Source: Candidatus Moraniibacteriota bacterium (GTDB taxonomy: Bacteria; Patescibacteriota; Minisyncoccia; Moranbacterales; JAPLXC01). From it: a stretch of DNA of 48,296 nt. Below, piece by piece: positions 27,765 through 37,572 of the stretch. Under the pieces are notes generated by a model. The model was not told the origin of the DNA and ran no database searches. It worked only from the letters and a program-made list of their open reading frames with translations. Position numbers and translations under genes: made by a program. The DNA lies in NCBI GenBank assembly GCA_026396275.1, contig JAPLXC010000011.1:1-48296 (forward strand). The letters run 5' to 3'. How positions within the stretch are numbered: position 1 is the stretch's first letter; the number at the start of each line of letters is the position of its first letter.

Positions 27765-27878
27765 TACTAATTACTAATCATATACTAATATACGAATAAA
27801 TAAATTATAACATAATTGCCTTAAAATTTAAAATATACGCTAAAAATTAGTATATTTGTATGTGATTAGTATTTAGTA
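27765..27878. repeat. 33-bp imperfect inverted heptamer modules enclosing an extended -10 (TGTTATAAT, minus strand)
   Basis: TACTAAT TACTAAT cata TACTAAT a TACGAAT ... ATTAGTA t ATTTGTA tgtg ATTAGTA TTTAGTA. Confidence 0.85.
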
Positions 27879-27883
27879 GACAT

Positions 27884-27918
27884 AACAAAAGAGGCGGGCA
27901 CTTTGATTTCCCCGCCTC
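27884..27918 (-). terminator. Intrinsic terminator downstream of the DsbA-like gene
   Basis: GAGGCGGG/CCCGCCTC stem followed by TTTTGTT on the minus strand. Confidence 0.65.
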
Positions 27919-27948
27919 CTGATAGATATTACTGAAAAATGATCTTGC

Positions 27949-29007
27949 TTATTTCGCCAGCTGCTCGTCAATTAATTTCTTTATCTCATCATACGCAATC
28001 ACTCCGTTCATAAACTGATCATTGATGAAAGTTGAGGGAGTTCCTCCAATTCCGAAGCTTCTCGCTTCTTCTTTATCCCGATTCACTTTATCCTGATATT
28101 TCTTGCTGTCCAGACACTGATTAAACTGGGAGGAATTTAGGCCGAGTTGAAGCGCGTAGCTCTTGAATTTTTGCGTTCCCTCCAACTTGCCCCAATTACT
28201 CTGGTCCTCAAATAATTTATCAACATACGGCAATGACTTACCCTGCTCATTGGCGCATTCGGAAGCAAGGGCCGCGTTTTCCGCCTGCAAGTGGAATTCC
28301 AGCGGAAATTGCTTATAGACAAACAATATTTTGTCTCCATAGTCCCTGATTGCCTTGCTTATGGAGTTTAAGTGAAAAGCCCGGCAATAAGGGCACTGAA
28401 AATCGGAAAATTCAACAATTTTTACTTTTGCCTCTTTATTTCCGACTTGGATGTCATTCTCAGAAATTGAGGGGATTTCAAGATATTTTCCCGGCTGCAG
28501 TCCCAGTTCCGCTGTGCGCAACAGGAACTGGTTATTTTTCTTTTCAAATAGAGCACTGGCTTGCTGGTAAAAATCGGTCTTTTCCACGTCAGACGAAAAT
28601 ATAAAAGCTGGAACGGTTTTGACACCGGTTTTAGCTATCAGATCTTTTCCTTCGGGTGAGTTTAGATCAACTTTTTGAGTCAGAATTGTGGGAACAACCC
28701 TACGGAGCCACACCAGCGCCTGGTCCGGCTGGCAATTTTCGCAACTGTCGTCGGTAATCACCTGGATTTTCACAATCGGCTCGGAATAAGCCACCCAGGT
28801 TTTCCCGTCCAGAGTAAACACATCTGTTTTATTGAGCACCCGCTGGGAAAATCCATTCCCTTTCAACAGCTGCGCCACATCGACAAAAATACTTCCGATA
28901 AACAAGCCGCCCAAAAGAATAGACAAAGCAATCAGATTTTTTATCTTTTTATCTGCTTCTATCATCTCTTTAGCAGGTGCTTCTTCTATTTTTTTATTTT
29001 CTTCCAT
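27949..29007 (-). CDS. Membrane-anchored DsbA-family thioredoxin-fold protein with extra N-terminal CxxC domain
   Basis: EFSDFQCPYC, GIGGTP; additional CENC. Confidence 0.88.
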   Translation of the reverse strand: MEENKKIEEAPAKEMIEADKKIKNLIALSILLGGLFIGSIFVDVAQLLKGNGFSQRVLNKTDVFTLDGKTWVAYSEPIVKIQVITDDSCENCQPDQALVWLRRVVPTILTQKVDLNSPEGKDLIAKTGVKTVPAFIFSSDVEKTDFYQQASALFEKKNNQFLLRTAELGLQPGKYLEIPSISENDIQVGNKEAKVKIVEFSDFQCPYCRAFHLNSISKAIRDYGDKILFVYKQFPLEFHLQAENAALASECANEQGKSLPYVDKLFEDQSNWGKLEGTQKFKSYALQLGLNSSQFNQCLDSKKYQDKVNRDKEEARSFGIGGTPSTFINDQFMNGVIAYDEIKKLIDEQLAK

Positions 29008-29090
29008 TCTGTAAGTAAAATTTCAACTTAAGCAAAAATTGCCGGAGCGAAATTTATTTAATTATTACAACTTTAATGCGCTGCAAAAAA

Positions 29091-29384
29091 TTATTGTCCG
29101 CAGGATCCATTACCCGCCTGACTTGAGTTTGACTGCTGTCCGGCCTCTGCCTCTGCAGCTAAATTCTTCTGAATCTGGCTGATATCATAGGACTGGCGCA
29201 GAGAAGAGATTTTATAGTCATAAAAACCGACGGTAATCCTCTTTATGGCTTCCGTTTTTATCACCACTCCAAGCAAAAATCCCAGAATTAAAAAAAGGGC
29301 AAGCTCAAAATAGAGATCTTTTTTCTTCTTTGAAAGAGTATTCTTGCTCTCCATAGTGTTAAAGCCAATAATTTTTACCCTCAT
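29091..29384 (-). CDS. Small single-TM hypothetical protein (start uncertain; second Met possible)
   Basis: One hydrophobic segment. Confidence 0.6.
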   Translation of the reverse strand: MRVKIIGFNTMESKNTLSKKKKDLYFELALFLILGFLLGVVIKTEAIKRITVGFYDYKISSLRQSYDISQIQKNLAAEAEAGQQSNSSQAGNGSCGQ

Positions 29385-29481
29385 AGTTTAACATGCCGCC
29401 TCAAACAGCGCAATGTTGACATTTTTCTATTTTTGTGATGTTATTGGTGCTGATGAACAAGAGATGCTTAAAAATATAGCC

Positions 29482-30738
29482 CTACTCTTTCCGCAAAGCT
29501 TCCATTGGACTTAACTGCGATGCCTTCTGCGCCGGATAATATCCAAAAAGAATTCCCACCGCCGCGGAAAAACCGGTGGCAATGAGAACCGATTGCAAGG
29601 TGACGGCAAGCGCTAGATTGAACCCCAGCCGGGCAAAAATCAAAGACAAAAGCGACAAAAACAAAAACCCGAAAATAATTCCCACGATTCCCCCGGCCAG
29701 CGTCACAAAAATCGCTTCCAGCAAAAATTGTTTGAGAATATCTCCTGACCGCGCGCCTACGGCTTTGCGCAGTCCAATTTCAAATGTGCGTTCTACCACC
29801 GCCACATACATAACATTCATAATCCCCACTCCCCCAACCACCAGCGAAATGGAGGTGAGCGCCAAAAGCAAAATATTTATTGTGTTAAAAACCGTGCCGA
29901 TGATATCCTGCACTTCCTTGAGAGATGTGACCGAAAAATCATCCTTGTCCGGATCGGTGATGCCGTGAAGACGGCGCATCGTATCAGTGATGTCCGCCGA
30001 CGTCGCATCCAAAAGATTTTCATCCTGGACCTTGATTATAATATTGCGCAGATAATCTATGCCCAGTATTTTTTTCTGAAGCGTGCGTACCGGCAGATAA
30101 ATCAATTCGTCATAATTCACTACGCCGAATGTCCCGCGTTTTTCCAAGACGCCGACAACTTTGTAATTTTTATTGCCGATTTTTATTTCTTTTCCAATCG
30201 CCCCGGTATCCCCAAAAAAAGTTTGCTTGATATCGGGACCAACGACCACCACCTGAGCTAGACTGCGATCATCGGCCTCTGTGAAAAAATTTCCTTCCGT
30301 CACTTTGACACCGGGATCCGTTTCTAAAACTCCGGCACTGGTTCCAAAAAGTAAAGTGCGCTTTTTCACGCCCTGATAACTGGAAATTTCCTGAGTATAG
30401 TTAGCCGTATACAGCGCCTCTACATTGGGAAGTTTTGCGATAGCATCCGCATCCTCTTGTTTTAAAGTTGTAATCTGAATGCCCATCGCTTGTCCTAAAG
30501 CATTTTGCGTGGAAGTCTTTCCGGTTGCCGGCACTTTAACTTCAACTTGGATCACATCGTTGCCGAAAGTTCCAATTAGATCAAGAATGAAACTTTTAAC
30601 TCCTTGCCCGCTGGACATAATCACAATCACCGAAGTAATCCCAATCACAATTCCGAATAGCGTCAAAACCGTCCGGCCGATGTTGGAACGGAGGTTTTTA
30701 AATGCTAATTTTACTGATAGGATAATTTCGTGGAACAT
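29482..30738 (-). CDS. MacB-like ABC permease
   Basis: [35 protein letters not shown]. Confidence 0.92.
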   Translation of the reverse strand: MFHEIILSVKLAFKNLRSNIGRTVLTLFGIVIGITSVIVIMSSGQGVKSFILDLIGTFGNDVIQVEVKVPATGKTSTQNALGQAMGIQITTLKQEDADAIAKLPNVEALYTANYTQEISSYQGVKKRTLLFGTSAGVLETDPGVKVTEGNFFTEADDRSLAQVVVVGPDIKQTFFGDTGAIGKEIKIGNKNYKVVGVLEKRGTFGVVNYDELIYLPVRTLQKKILGIDYLRNIIIKVQDENLLDATSADITDTMRRLHGITDPDKDDFSVTSLKEVQDIIGTVFNTINILLLALTSISLVVGGVGIMNVMYVAVVERTFEIGLRKAVGARSGDILKQFLLEAIFVTLAGGIVGIIFGFLFLSLLSLIFARLGFNLALAVTLQSVLIATGFSAAVGILFGYYPAQKASQLSPMEALRKE

Positions 30739-30739
30739 A

Positions 30740-31981
30740 TTATTCGTATCTCAACGCCTCCATCGGTGAAACTTTTGCCGCTTTTCTGGCCGGATACATG
30801 CCAAAAATCAAGCCTATTAAAATTGTTACTGTTGTCGCAATGATGATTGATTGTCCGGTAATTAAAAATTGCCAGACATAGCCCAGACGGTTGATAATCA
30901 CCGACGCAAAATAAGACACTAGGATTCCCAAAATGATTCCCAAAATTCCTCCAACTAGAGTAATAAAAACAGATTCTACTAAAAATTGCGTGATAATGCT
31001 GGAATTGCGCGCGCCTACGGCTTTGCGCAAGCCGATTTCGCGGATTCTTTGATTGACCGCGATGAGCATTATATTCATAACTCCCACTCCCCCGACCAGA
31101 AGCGAAATAGCCGCGATTGACGTCAGAAAATATTTCAAAACATCTGTGATGTTAGTCAGTATGGAAAGCGCCTGCGCCGTGGTGCGCACTGAAAAATCGT
31201 CATCGGTTGGATCTTTGATATTATGATTGTTCCGCAGCGTGGTTTTAATGTCCGCGACTGTCTGATTCAAATTTTGCGGATTATTAATCTTAGCCCGGAT
31301 AAAATTAAGATAATCAATTCCCAGGATTAATTTTTGCGCCGTGAAAAGCGGCACAAATATATTCTGGTCGGTGTTGGAGAAACCGGACGATCCTTTTTTC
31401 TCTAAAATTCCGACCACCGTAAAATTCAAATCCTTTATGGTTAGCGTTTTGCCGATTGGATCCTCATTGGGGAAAAAATCTCTGACTCTGTCCGCGCCTA
31501 AAACCACAACCCGCGCCAGATTAGTTTCTTCTTCGGGCATAAAAAATCTGCCTTCTGCCACTTTAATATTCTCTACATTGATCAGCTGCGGGCTTACGCC
31601 CTGGAAAGTCACCGCAAAATTATTGTCCCGATATTCGGCCACAGCCGAACCGGTCACATAGCCGGAAGCATTTACGACATCCGGCACATTGTCCTTGTTT
31701 AAGATCGATTTTAGATCACTATATTTTAGCGTGGTGATGATTGTTCCGAAAACGGTGGCTGGCGGGCCTTTTTCTTCCGATCCGCCCGGCAGAATACCGA
31801 TGAGATTAGAACCGACACCAGACACCTGATCCAGAATCAGCTGTTGCGCGCTGGCTCCTATCGCCATGACAATAATGACCGAGGCCACGCCAATAATAAT
31901 TCCCAGCACAGTCAAAAAAGAGCGCCACTTCGCCGCCATCAGATTTTTGTATGAGATTTTAATAGGATTCCAGAGCGTCAT
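30740..31981 (-). CDS. MacB-like ABC permease
   Basis: [21 protein letters not shown]...[14 protein letters not shown]. Confidence 0.92.
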   Translation of the reverse strand: MTLWNPIKISYKNLMAAKWRSFLTVLGIIIGVASVIIVMAIGASAQQLILDQVSGVGSNLIGILPGGSEEKGPPATVFGTIITTLKYSDLKSILNKDNVPDVVNASGYVTGSAVAEYRDNNFAVTFQGVSPQLINVENIKVAEGRFFMPEEETNLARVVVLGADRVRDFFPNEDPIGKTLTIKDLNFTVVGILEKKGSSGFSNTDQNIFVPLFTAQKLILGIDYLNFIRAKINNPQNLNQTVADIKTTLRNNHNIKDPTDDDFSVRTTAQALSILTNITDVLKYFLTSIAAISLLVGGVGVMNIMLIAVNQRIREIGLRKAVGARNSSIITQFLVESVFITLVGGILGIILGILVSYFASVIINRLGYVWQFLITGQSIIIATTVTILIGLIFGMYPARKAAKVSPMEALRYE

Positions 31982-31982
31982 G

Positions 31983-32714
31983 CTATTTTAATAATTCGCC
32001 GTCTTTTGCCACTCTCTTATTTATCACTGGTTCATTAGAAACAATATTTCCATCTTTGACGCGCAAAATTCTCCTTGCGTGTTCGGCGGTAAATGTTTCA
32101 TGTGTGACTAGAATTATTGTGTGTCCTTCATTATTAAGCTCCTGGAAAATTTTCATAATTTGCGTTCCAGTTTTGGAATCAAGATTCCCGGTCGGCTCAT
32201 CGGCAAAAATCACTTCCGGATTCAAAACTAAGGCGCGAGCGATCGCCACTCTTTGTTTTTCACCGCCAGACAATTGGTTGGAAAGATAACCAGCGCGATG
32301 CTCCATAGACACGGCCTTAAGAGCCCGTATAACTTTTTCCGCATTACTTTGCTTGGTCGCTTTTTTTCTGTCATAGAGAAGCGGGAGCTCCACATTTTCA
32401 AAAACAGAAGTTCTCGGCAATAAATTAAAAGTTTGAAAAACAAAACCGATTTTCTGATTGCGCAAATCAGCTAATTCGTCCTCGGTAAACTTGGAAGTGT
32501 TTCGTCCTTCAAACAGATATTCACCATCCGTTGGCCGGTCTAAAAACCCAAGAACCTGCATGAGCGTTGATTTTCCGGAGCCCGATGGCCCCATAATCGC
32601 CACGAATTCGCCTTTATTAATGGTGAATGTGACGCCGCAAACGGCCGGAGTCCTCACACCTTCATTATCATAAGTTTTGCAAAGGTTTTGGACAGAAATT
32701 AGTGAATTTGACAT
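31983..32714 (-). CDS. MacB/LolD-type ABC ATP-binding protein
   Basis: [28 protein letters not shown]. Confidence 0.93.
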   Translation of the reverse strand: MSNSLISVQNLCKTYDNEGVRTPAVCGVTFTINKGEFVAIMGPSGSGKSTLMQVLGFLDRPTDGEYLFEGRNTSKFTEDELADLRNQKIGFVFQTFNLLPRTSVFENVELPLLYDRKKATKQSNAEKVIRALKAVSMEHRAGYLSNQLSGGEKQRVAIARALVLNPEVIFADEPTGNLDSKTGTQIMKIFQELNNEGHTIILVTHETFTAEHARRILRVKDGNIVSNEPVINKRVAKDGELLK

Positions 32715-32726
32715 AAAAAAAATTAA

Positions 32727-32806
32727 CCCGAATTACGAATAATTAACCGAATGTCCCGAATATTTGTCATTCGAATCATTCGAGCAAAAATTCGAGTTAT
32801 TCGAGT
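32727..32806. repeat. Inverted CGAAT / ATTCG repeat tract
   Basis: Four nnCGAAT units, then four ATTCGAR units. Confidence 0.8.
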
Positions 32807-32810
32807 TATC

Positions 32811-33821
32811 TTATTGCGTCTTGGTAAACGTTACTACCTTCTGCCCTTCCGAGAGGCCCGATTTTACTTCCACCATTCCTTCATCTCCTTCAAGACCGGC
32901 CTGGATTTGAATTTTGGTTGTGGTTTTTCCGTCCGGATCCAATACTTCGACAAATTTATTATTTCCTTCCGTCTGCACGGCGCGCATCGGAATCATCAAA
33001 ACATTGTCCGCTTCAGCCGTGTGAATATCAACATTGGCGCTCATACCAGCTTTGAAGCGCGGATCCAGATTATTAAACTTTAGCTTTATCCGGTAATAAA
33101 CCACGTCTTGAATTACGGTTGAAGCCGGATCGATTTTGTAAACAGTCGCGTCGAATTTATCCTGCGCCGTTAGCGCGTCTAATGTCACGCTGGTTTTCTG
33201 CCCGATTACTAATTTTAAAATATCGGATTCCGGAACATTGGATTCAATAATCAAGTCGTTATTTTTCGCAATTGTAAGCACGGGACTGTTTAAACTTAAA
33301 ACCACGGTTTCTCCTGGATCGGCAGTTCTTCTGATCACTATTCCGTCAATCGAAGAAATCATATTCACGTCTTTCAACTGGTCTAGAATGGCATTGACAG
33401 CGGCTTCGGACGATTTTATATTGGCTCTTTGCGCCTGGCGCTGTTCATGATTATAGGTATCGTCTCTTTTTTTCATATCATCCAGCGTTTCTTTTTGCAC
33501 TGTCACTTCCTCCTCGGCTTGCTTGAGTTGCGAAAGCAGCGATCCGGTGTCAATCGTCGCTAACTTCTGGCCTTTTTTGACCTGATCGTCCACATCAACA
33601 TTGATGCTTTTAAGTATGCCTGTAGTTTTGAAAGTCAGATTTATCTGCTCTTCAGGGTTGAGCGTCCCCGTCACAGATACCGTCTGCGCCAGATTTCCCC
33701 GCGTTACATCTGCCGTGGTATAAACCGTCACCGGCGCCTTAGGACGCAGAAAAAAATAGCCACCCGCTCCAATTACGAGTAGTATTATTATCCAAATTGT
33801 GTACTTCTTGGGTTTGGACAT
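32811..33821 (-). CDS. MacA/HlyD-family membrane fusion protein
   Basis: N-terminal TM, VSVTGT, SSIDG.V, PE.DI..L..GQ, GMSANV. Confidence 0.9.
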   Translation of the reverse strand: MSKPKKYTIWIIILLVIGAGGYFFLRPKAPVTVYTTADVTRGNLAQTVSVTGTLNPEEQINLTFKTTGILKSINVDVDDQVKKGQKLATIDTGSLLSQLKQAEEEVTVQKETLDDMKKRDDTYNHEQRQAQRANIKSSEAAVNAILDQLKDVNMISSIDGIVIRRTADPGETVVLSLNSPVLTIAKNNDLIIESNVPESDILKLVIGQKTSVTLDALTAQDKFDATVYKIDPASTVIQDVVYYRIKLKFNNLDPRFKAGMSANVDIHTAEADNVLMIPMRAVQTEGNNKFVEVLDPDGKTTTKIQIQAGLEGDEGMVEVKSGLSEGQKVVTFTKTQ

Positions 33822-33909
33822 AGAAAATTTCTAATTGCTAACGAAAATAAATATCTGACTATAAAAATTTTTTAATTTTGACATTGGAAACTTTATTGGA
33901 AATTGGGAA

Positions 33910-34338
33910 TTACAATAAACTGATCTGCCTCTCCTTTTCATCTAATGCTTCATTCACCAGCTTGTCAGCCACTTTATTTTTTTCCCGGGGAATATGAGAA
34001 AAAGTAACTTTGCCAAAATCCAGCATCAAATTCCAGACAGTTAAGAACAACTGCTGAAGTTCCGGCTCTTTTACTTTATACTCATGGTTAAGCTGTTTGG
34101 TGACGAATTCGCTATCCAGAAAACACGCCACCTCTACTTTCCTTGCTTTTTCCTTGCTGATAACCTGCTTGATTTTCCGAAGTCCCAAAATCACAGCTTC
34201 GTATTCCGCCTCATTATTGGTCTTTTCGCCGATAAAGTGGCCGTATTGCTTATGAAGTGTTTCGATGTAAACTCCTACCGCCGCCGGGCCGGGATTGTCG
34301 CGCGATCCCCCGTCGGTGTACATAATTATCTTTTCCAT
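33910..34338 (-). CDS. rnhA: Ribonuclease HI
   Basis: YTDGGSRDNPG, TNNEAEY, DSE, HIPRE.N..AD. Confidence 0.92.
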   Translation of the reverse strand: MEKIIMYTDGGSRDNPGPAAVGVYIETLHKQYGHFIGEKTNNEAEYEAVILGLRKIKQVISKEKARKVEVACFLDSEFVTKQLNHEYKVKEPELQQLFLTVWNLMLDFGKVTFSHIPREKNKVADKLVNEALDEKERQISLL

Positions 34339-34426
34339 ACAATAATTCTAGCACTATTTTAAATACTTGAAAAGATCCGGGATTTATGCTATATTCTTGG
34401 TAAATTAAAACAAAAGGAGGTACGTT

Positions 34427-34600
34427 ATGGGGAAAAATTCCAATGATTATCCCCCGCCCTATGACAAAGAAAAGGAAGAAACTGCTCTTTTTATGGCCGC
34501 TCTCACTCTTATACTAATCATGATTATAATGTTCGCTCTGGGAGCAGTGCTGCAACAACTGGGAATATCCCTGATCAAATTGGTAAAGATGAAATCTTAG
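34427..34600 (+). CDS. 57-aa single-TM small protein (missed by ORF track)
   Basis: MGKNSNDYPPPYDKEKEETALFMAALTLILIMIIMFALGAVLQQLGISLIKLVKMKS; TGCTATATT promoter, AAGGAGG SD, downstream hairpin. Confidence 0.75.
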   Translation: MGKNSNDYPPPYDKEKEETALFMAALTLILIMIIMFALGAVLQQLGISLIKLVKMKS

Positions 34601-34611
34601 AAACAAACTTA

Positions 34612-34637
34612 AAGGCACAAGAAGAATCTTGTGCCTT
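34612..34637. terminator. Hairpin between convergent genes
   Basis: Perfect 11-bp stem AAGGCACAAGA/TCTTGTGCCTT. Confidence 0.7.
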
Positions 34638-34666
34638 AATCTTTTTCCAACTTGAATTACTTAAAC

Positions 34667-35011
34667 CTATTCCGGTTCAGCTTCATTTCCCGTTTCACCT
34701 GGCGAACTTGGCACTTGCTTTTGCAACTTTTCCATCTCCTTCTGAAACTCTTCCGCATCTTTCTTCCACTGTTCGGATTGCCCTTGCCACTCTTCAGTAC
34801 CTTCTTTAAACTGCTCAAGCTTCGGCTGGGCTTTGTCAATTTCCTTCTTCACTTTTTTCACTCCCCACCAACCCAGGGCTCCAATGACAATCAAAGTAAT
34901 AACGACGATTGCCAAGCATCCTCCCAGAATCCAAAGCCACACCTTGCTTTTTTTGGCAGGCGCGGCCGGCGGCTGTTGGACTGGCGGCTGGGGTTGTGTT
35001 TGTTGATCCAT
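34667..35011 (-). CDS. Single-TM protein with Pro/Gln-rich N-terminus and coiled-coil tail
   Basis: QPQPPVQQPPAAP; WLWILGGCLAIVV. Confidence 0.75.
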   Translation of the reverse strand: MDQQTQPQPPVQQPPAAPAKKSKVWLWILGGCLAIVVITLIVIGALGWWGVKKVKKEIDKAQPKLEQFKEGTEEWQGQSEQWKKDAEEFQKEMEKLQKQVPSSPGETGNEAEPE

Positions 35012-35107
35012 ATTAATTTATTTATTAACTAGTTAACAGGTTAACGAGTTGATTGGTTTTTTAAGAAATTCGCTAATGCGCTAATTGACAATCTCATAGT
35101 ACCATAA

Positions 35108-35629
35108 CTATGAATGTTTTTCCACTGTGAAACTGTAAAGTTCATACCCATCAGCAGCAGGATTAATTCCTCCCTTCTGGCAGGCGATAAAAATCTGCTG
35201 ATCAACTGTATCCACGCCGGGAAGATCAGGAAGCAGCAGCCCGCATCGTCCATCGTCACACTTTACTATAATACCATTTTTTCCTGCATCTAGCGTCTTT
35301 ATATTCTTCACCGGCGAGGGTTTACTCAAGATACTCACCTCATAGTTTAACCCTGGCAATTCTTCTTTGCCTATGGGATAAAAACGGTTATCTCGGGAGC
35401 AGGCTGATATGGCATTATCAATTATTTCTTTGGCGATGTTTTCTTTTGTTGAAAGATAAGTACCGATGCAGCCACGCAGTTCCCTCCCTTTGCGAATAGT
35501 TACAAAAACGCCCGCTTGGCGTGAATGGAATTCTTGGGGAAGACCAGTAGGCACTAGTATTACCTTCCCGCTTTTCACATATTCTTCTATTGCCTGCTTG
35601 GCAAGCTCAATGTATTTATTCACAAACAA
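35108..35629 (-). CDS. amrA: AmmeMemoRadiSam system protein A (AMMECR1 family)
   Basis: GVFVTI...LRGCIGT, DNRF, EVSILS, GLLLP. Confidence 0.92.
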   Translation of the reverse strand: MFVNKYIELAKQAIEEYVKSGKVILVPTGLPQEFHSRQAGVFVTIRKGRELRGCIGTYLSTKENIAKEIIDNAISACSRDNRFYPIGKEELPGLNYEVSILSKPSPVKNIKTLDAGKNGIIVKCDDGRCGLLLPDLPGVDTVDQQIFIACQKGGINPAADGYELYSFTVEKHS

Positions 35630-35656
35630 TTAGCTCCATTAGCCCTTTATAATTCT

Positions 35657-36436
35657 CTAACAAGACAATGAGGCCACTAAGTAGCCGACTCCAAACGGCC
35701 CTTCGTAATTAAGACAGCAAAAATTGTATTTATCTTTTAAAATACCCAGAAGAATTATAACTGAGCGCAATCCACACTCTCCAGCTTCGTCAATGAAGTT
35801 TTTATCGAGATTTAATATTCCAGAAATATCTTTTTTGGCAAGCATTTCCATAAGCTTTTCATCAAATTTCTTTCCCAAGGAAGAATAGCCGGCTGGGGCG
35901 CTGGCAGTCAGACGATGAGACAAATCCCCGCTGGCAACAATCGCGATTCTATTTTTTTCCTCCCCGCAAACACTGCCAATGATTTCCCCATAGCGATAAT
36001 GACTTTTAAAGTTCAAAAGAGAAAAAGAAAGATGAACTATTTTCGGTTTTATATTTTCAGTTAAATAATAAAGTGGCACCAGCGCTCCGTGGTCCAGGAA
36101 ACTTTCGTGAAAATGGACCGGGATGTTTTCCCGGTTGCCGGCAGCGGCGATTTTTTTCACCAAATTAAGATTGTTTTCAAAATCAAAATCCTGATCCAGG
36201 CCAAAATCAATCAAGCTTCCTCTCAACCGCGGCGCGGAGTTAACCACAAACGCCGAAAAATCCGTCGGTGCGTGGGGAGAAATTATTAAAATCGTGTCCG
36301 GATTTATCTTTTCCAGATCTTCTCTTAATTTCTCCATTGCTTCAATTGTTTTCGAAACCAACTTTAAATCATCTGGCTTTCCGATGCCGGGAATGATAAT
36401 CGGAGGATGAGGAGTTATATAAGCAGAGCTTATCAT
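35657..36436 (-). CDS. amrB: AmmeMemoRadiSam system protein B (Memo/LigB-like); start revised to ATG 36436
   Basis: PHPP, ISPH, DHG, ASGDLSH, GECG, GPFGVGY. Confidence 0.88.
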   Translation of the reverse strand: MISSAYITPHPPIIIPGIGKPDDLKLVSKTIEAMEKLREDLEKINPDTILIISPHAPTDFSAFVVNSAPRLRGSLIDFGLDQDFDFENNLNLVKKIAAAGNRENIPVHFHESFLDHGALVPLYYLTENIKPKIVHLSFSLLNFKSHYRYGEIIGSVCGEEKNRIAIVASGDLSHRLTASAPAGYSSLGKKFDEKLMEMLAKKDISGILNLDKNFIDEAGECGLRSVIILLGILKDKYNFCCLNYEGPFGVGYLVASLSC

Positions 36437-36502
36437 ACTAATTGTCACTAATGTTAGAACTATATTCGCGAATATTGTTTTTCAATTCGCGACCATTAGC
36501 AT

Positions 36503-37537
36503 TCAAAATATTCCTTCAATCTTCTCTCCGCATTTTGGACATTTTCCGTCTTTGTCATAGCGCGTCACCTCGTAGCCCGTTCTTTCAATCACCAACTCGC
36601 CGCACTTTGAGCAATAAGTGCTTTCCAGATTTCTGTCCCAAACATTGCCCGCGTAGACATATTTTAATCCTTCCTTTTTGCCAATGTCATAAGCCCTTTT
36701 TATTTTTTCAACTGGCGTATCAGGAAGATTTTGAAGTTTCCAGGAAATGGCTCCGGAAAAAGCGCTCACGTGCCAGGGCACAAATTCGCCCAGTTCTTTT
36801 TTTACAAATTGAGCGATTTTGCGAAGCATTTTTTCGTCATCGGAAAGCGTCGGGATAACTAAAGTCGTAACTTCCAGCCATATTTTTTCTTTAGCTAATC
36901 TTTTACAATTCTCCAGAACCGGTGCGACTCCGGCTCCGCAATTTGACTGATAAAAATCGTCATCGAATGATTTGATGTCTACATTGATCGCATCAAGATA
37001 CGGAACGATAACATCAAGCGTGCGGGAAGACATAAAGCCATTGGAAACCCAGATATTTTTGAGTCCAGATTTTCTAGCCAATTTCATCGTGTCCAGGGCG
37101 TATTCCAGCCAGATTGTTGGTTCGTTATAGGTATAAGCGACGCTGGTGCATTTGTTTTTAATTGCCTCGTCAATAATTTCTTCCGGAGAGAGAGAATAGC
37201 CCCAATTCAGCCGTCCGTACTTTTTTACCTGGCCTTTGTGTCCGAACATTTGAGAAATATCGAAATTCTGGCAATTACCGCAACGAAAATTGCATCCCAG
37301 CGTGCCCAGTGAATAAGCGAGAGTCCCGGGCAAAAAGTGAAAGAGGGGCTTCTTTTCCACCGGGTCAACGTGAGCGGCAACAGCTCTCCCGTAAGCCAGA
37401 AGAAATAACTCTCCTTTGATGTTCTGGCGAATACCGCAAATTCCAACTTGACCCTCTTTGATCCGGCAAAAATGAGAGCAGGTTTGGCACTGGAGCGTGT
37501 CGCCTTCAAGCTTTTCGTAATTTATGCACTTTTTCAT
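36503..37537 (-). CDS. amrS: AmmeMemoRadiSam system radical SAM enzyme; start revised to ATG 37537
   Basis: DPVEKKPLFHF, CNFRCGNC, AYTYNEP. Confidence 0.92.
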   Translation of the reverse strand: MKKCINYEKLEGDTLQCQTCSHFCRIKEGQVGICGIRQNIKGELFLLAYGRAVAAHVDPVEKKPLFHFLPGTLAYSLGTLGCNFRCGNCQNFDISQMFGHKGQVKKYGRLNWGYSLSPEEIIDEAIKNKCTSVAYTYNEPTIWLEYALDTMKLARKSGLKNIWVSNGFMSSRTLDVIVPYLDAINVDIKSFDDDFYQSNCGAGVAPVLENCKRLAKEKIWLEVTTLVIPTLSDDEKMLRKIAQFVKKELGEFVPWHVSAFSGAISWKLQNLPDTPVEKIKRAYDIGKKEGLKYVYAGNVWDRNLESTYCSKCGELVIERTGYEVTRYDKDGKCPKCGEKIEGIF

Positions 37538-37572
37538 ACCTATACTATAATACAATCCTTCCTAAATTATCT

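Noticed and set aside
23862-32806. Short repeat tracts as CRISPR arrays
   Set aside because: Units are 6-8 bp with no 25-45 bp unique spacers, and no cas genes are present
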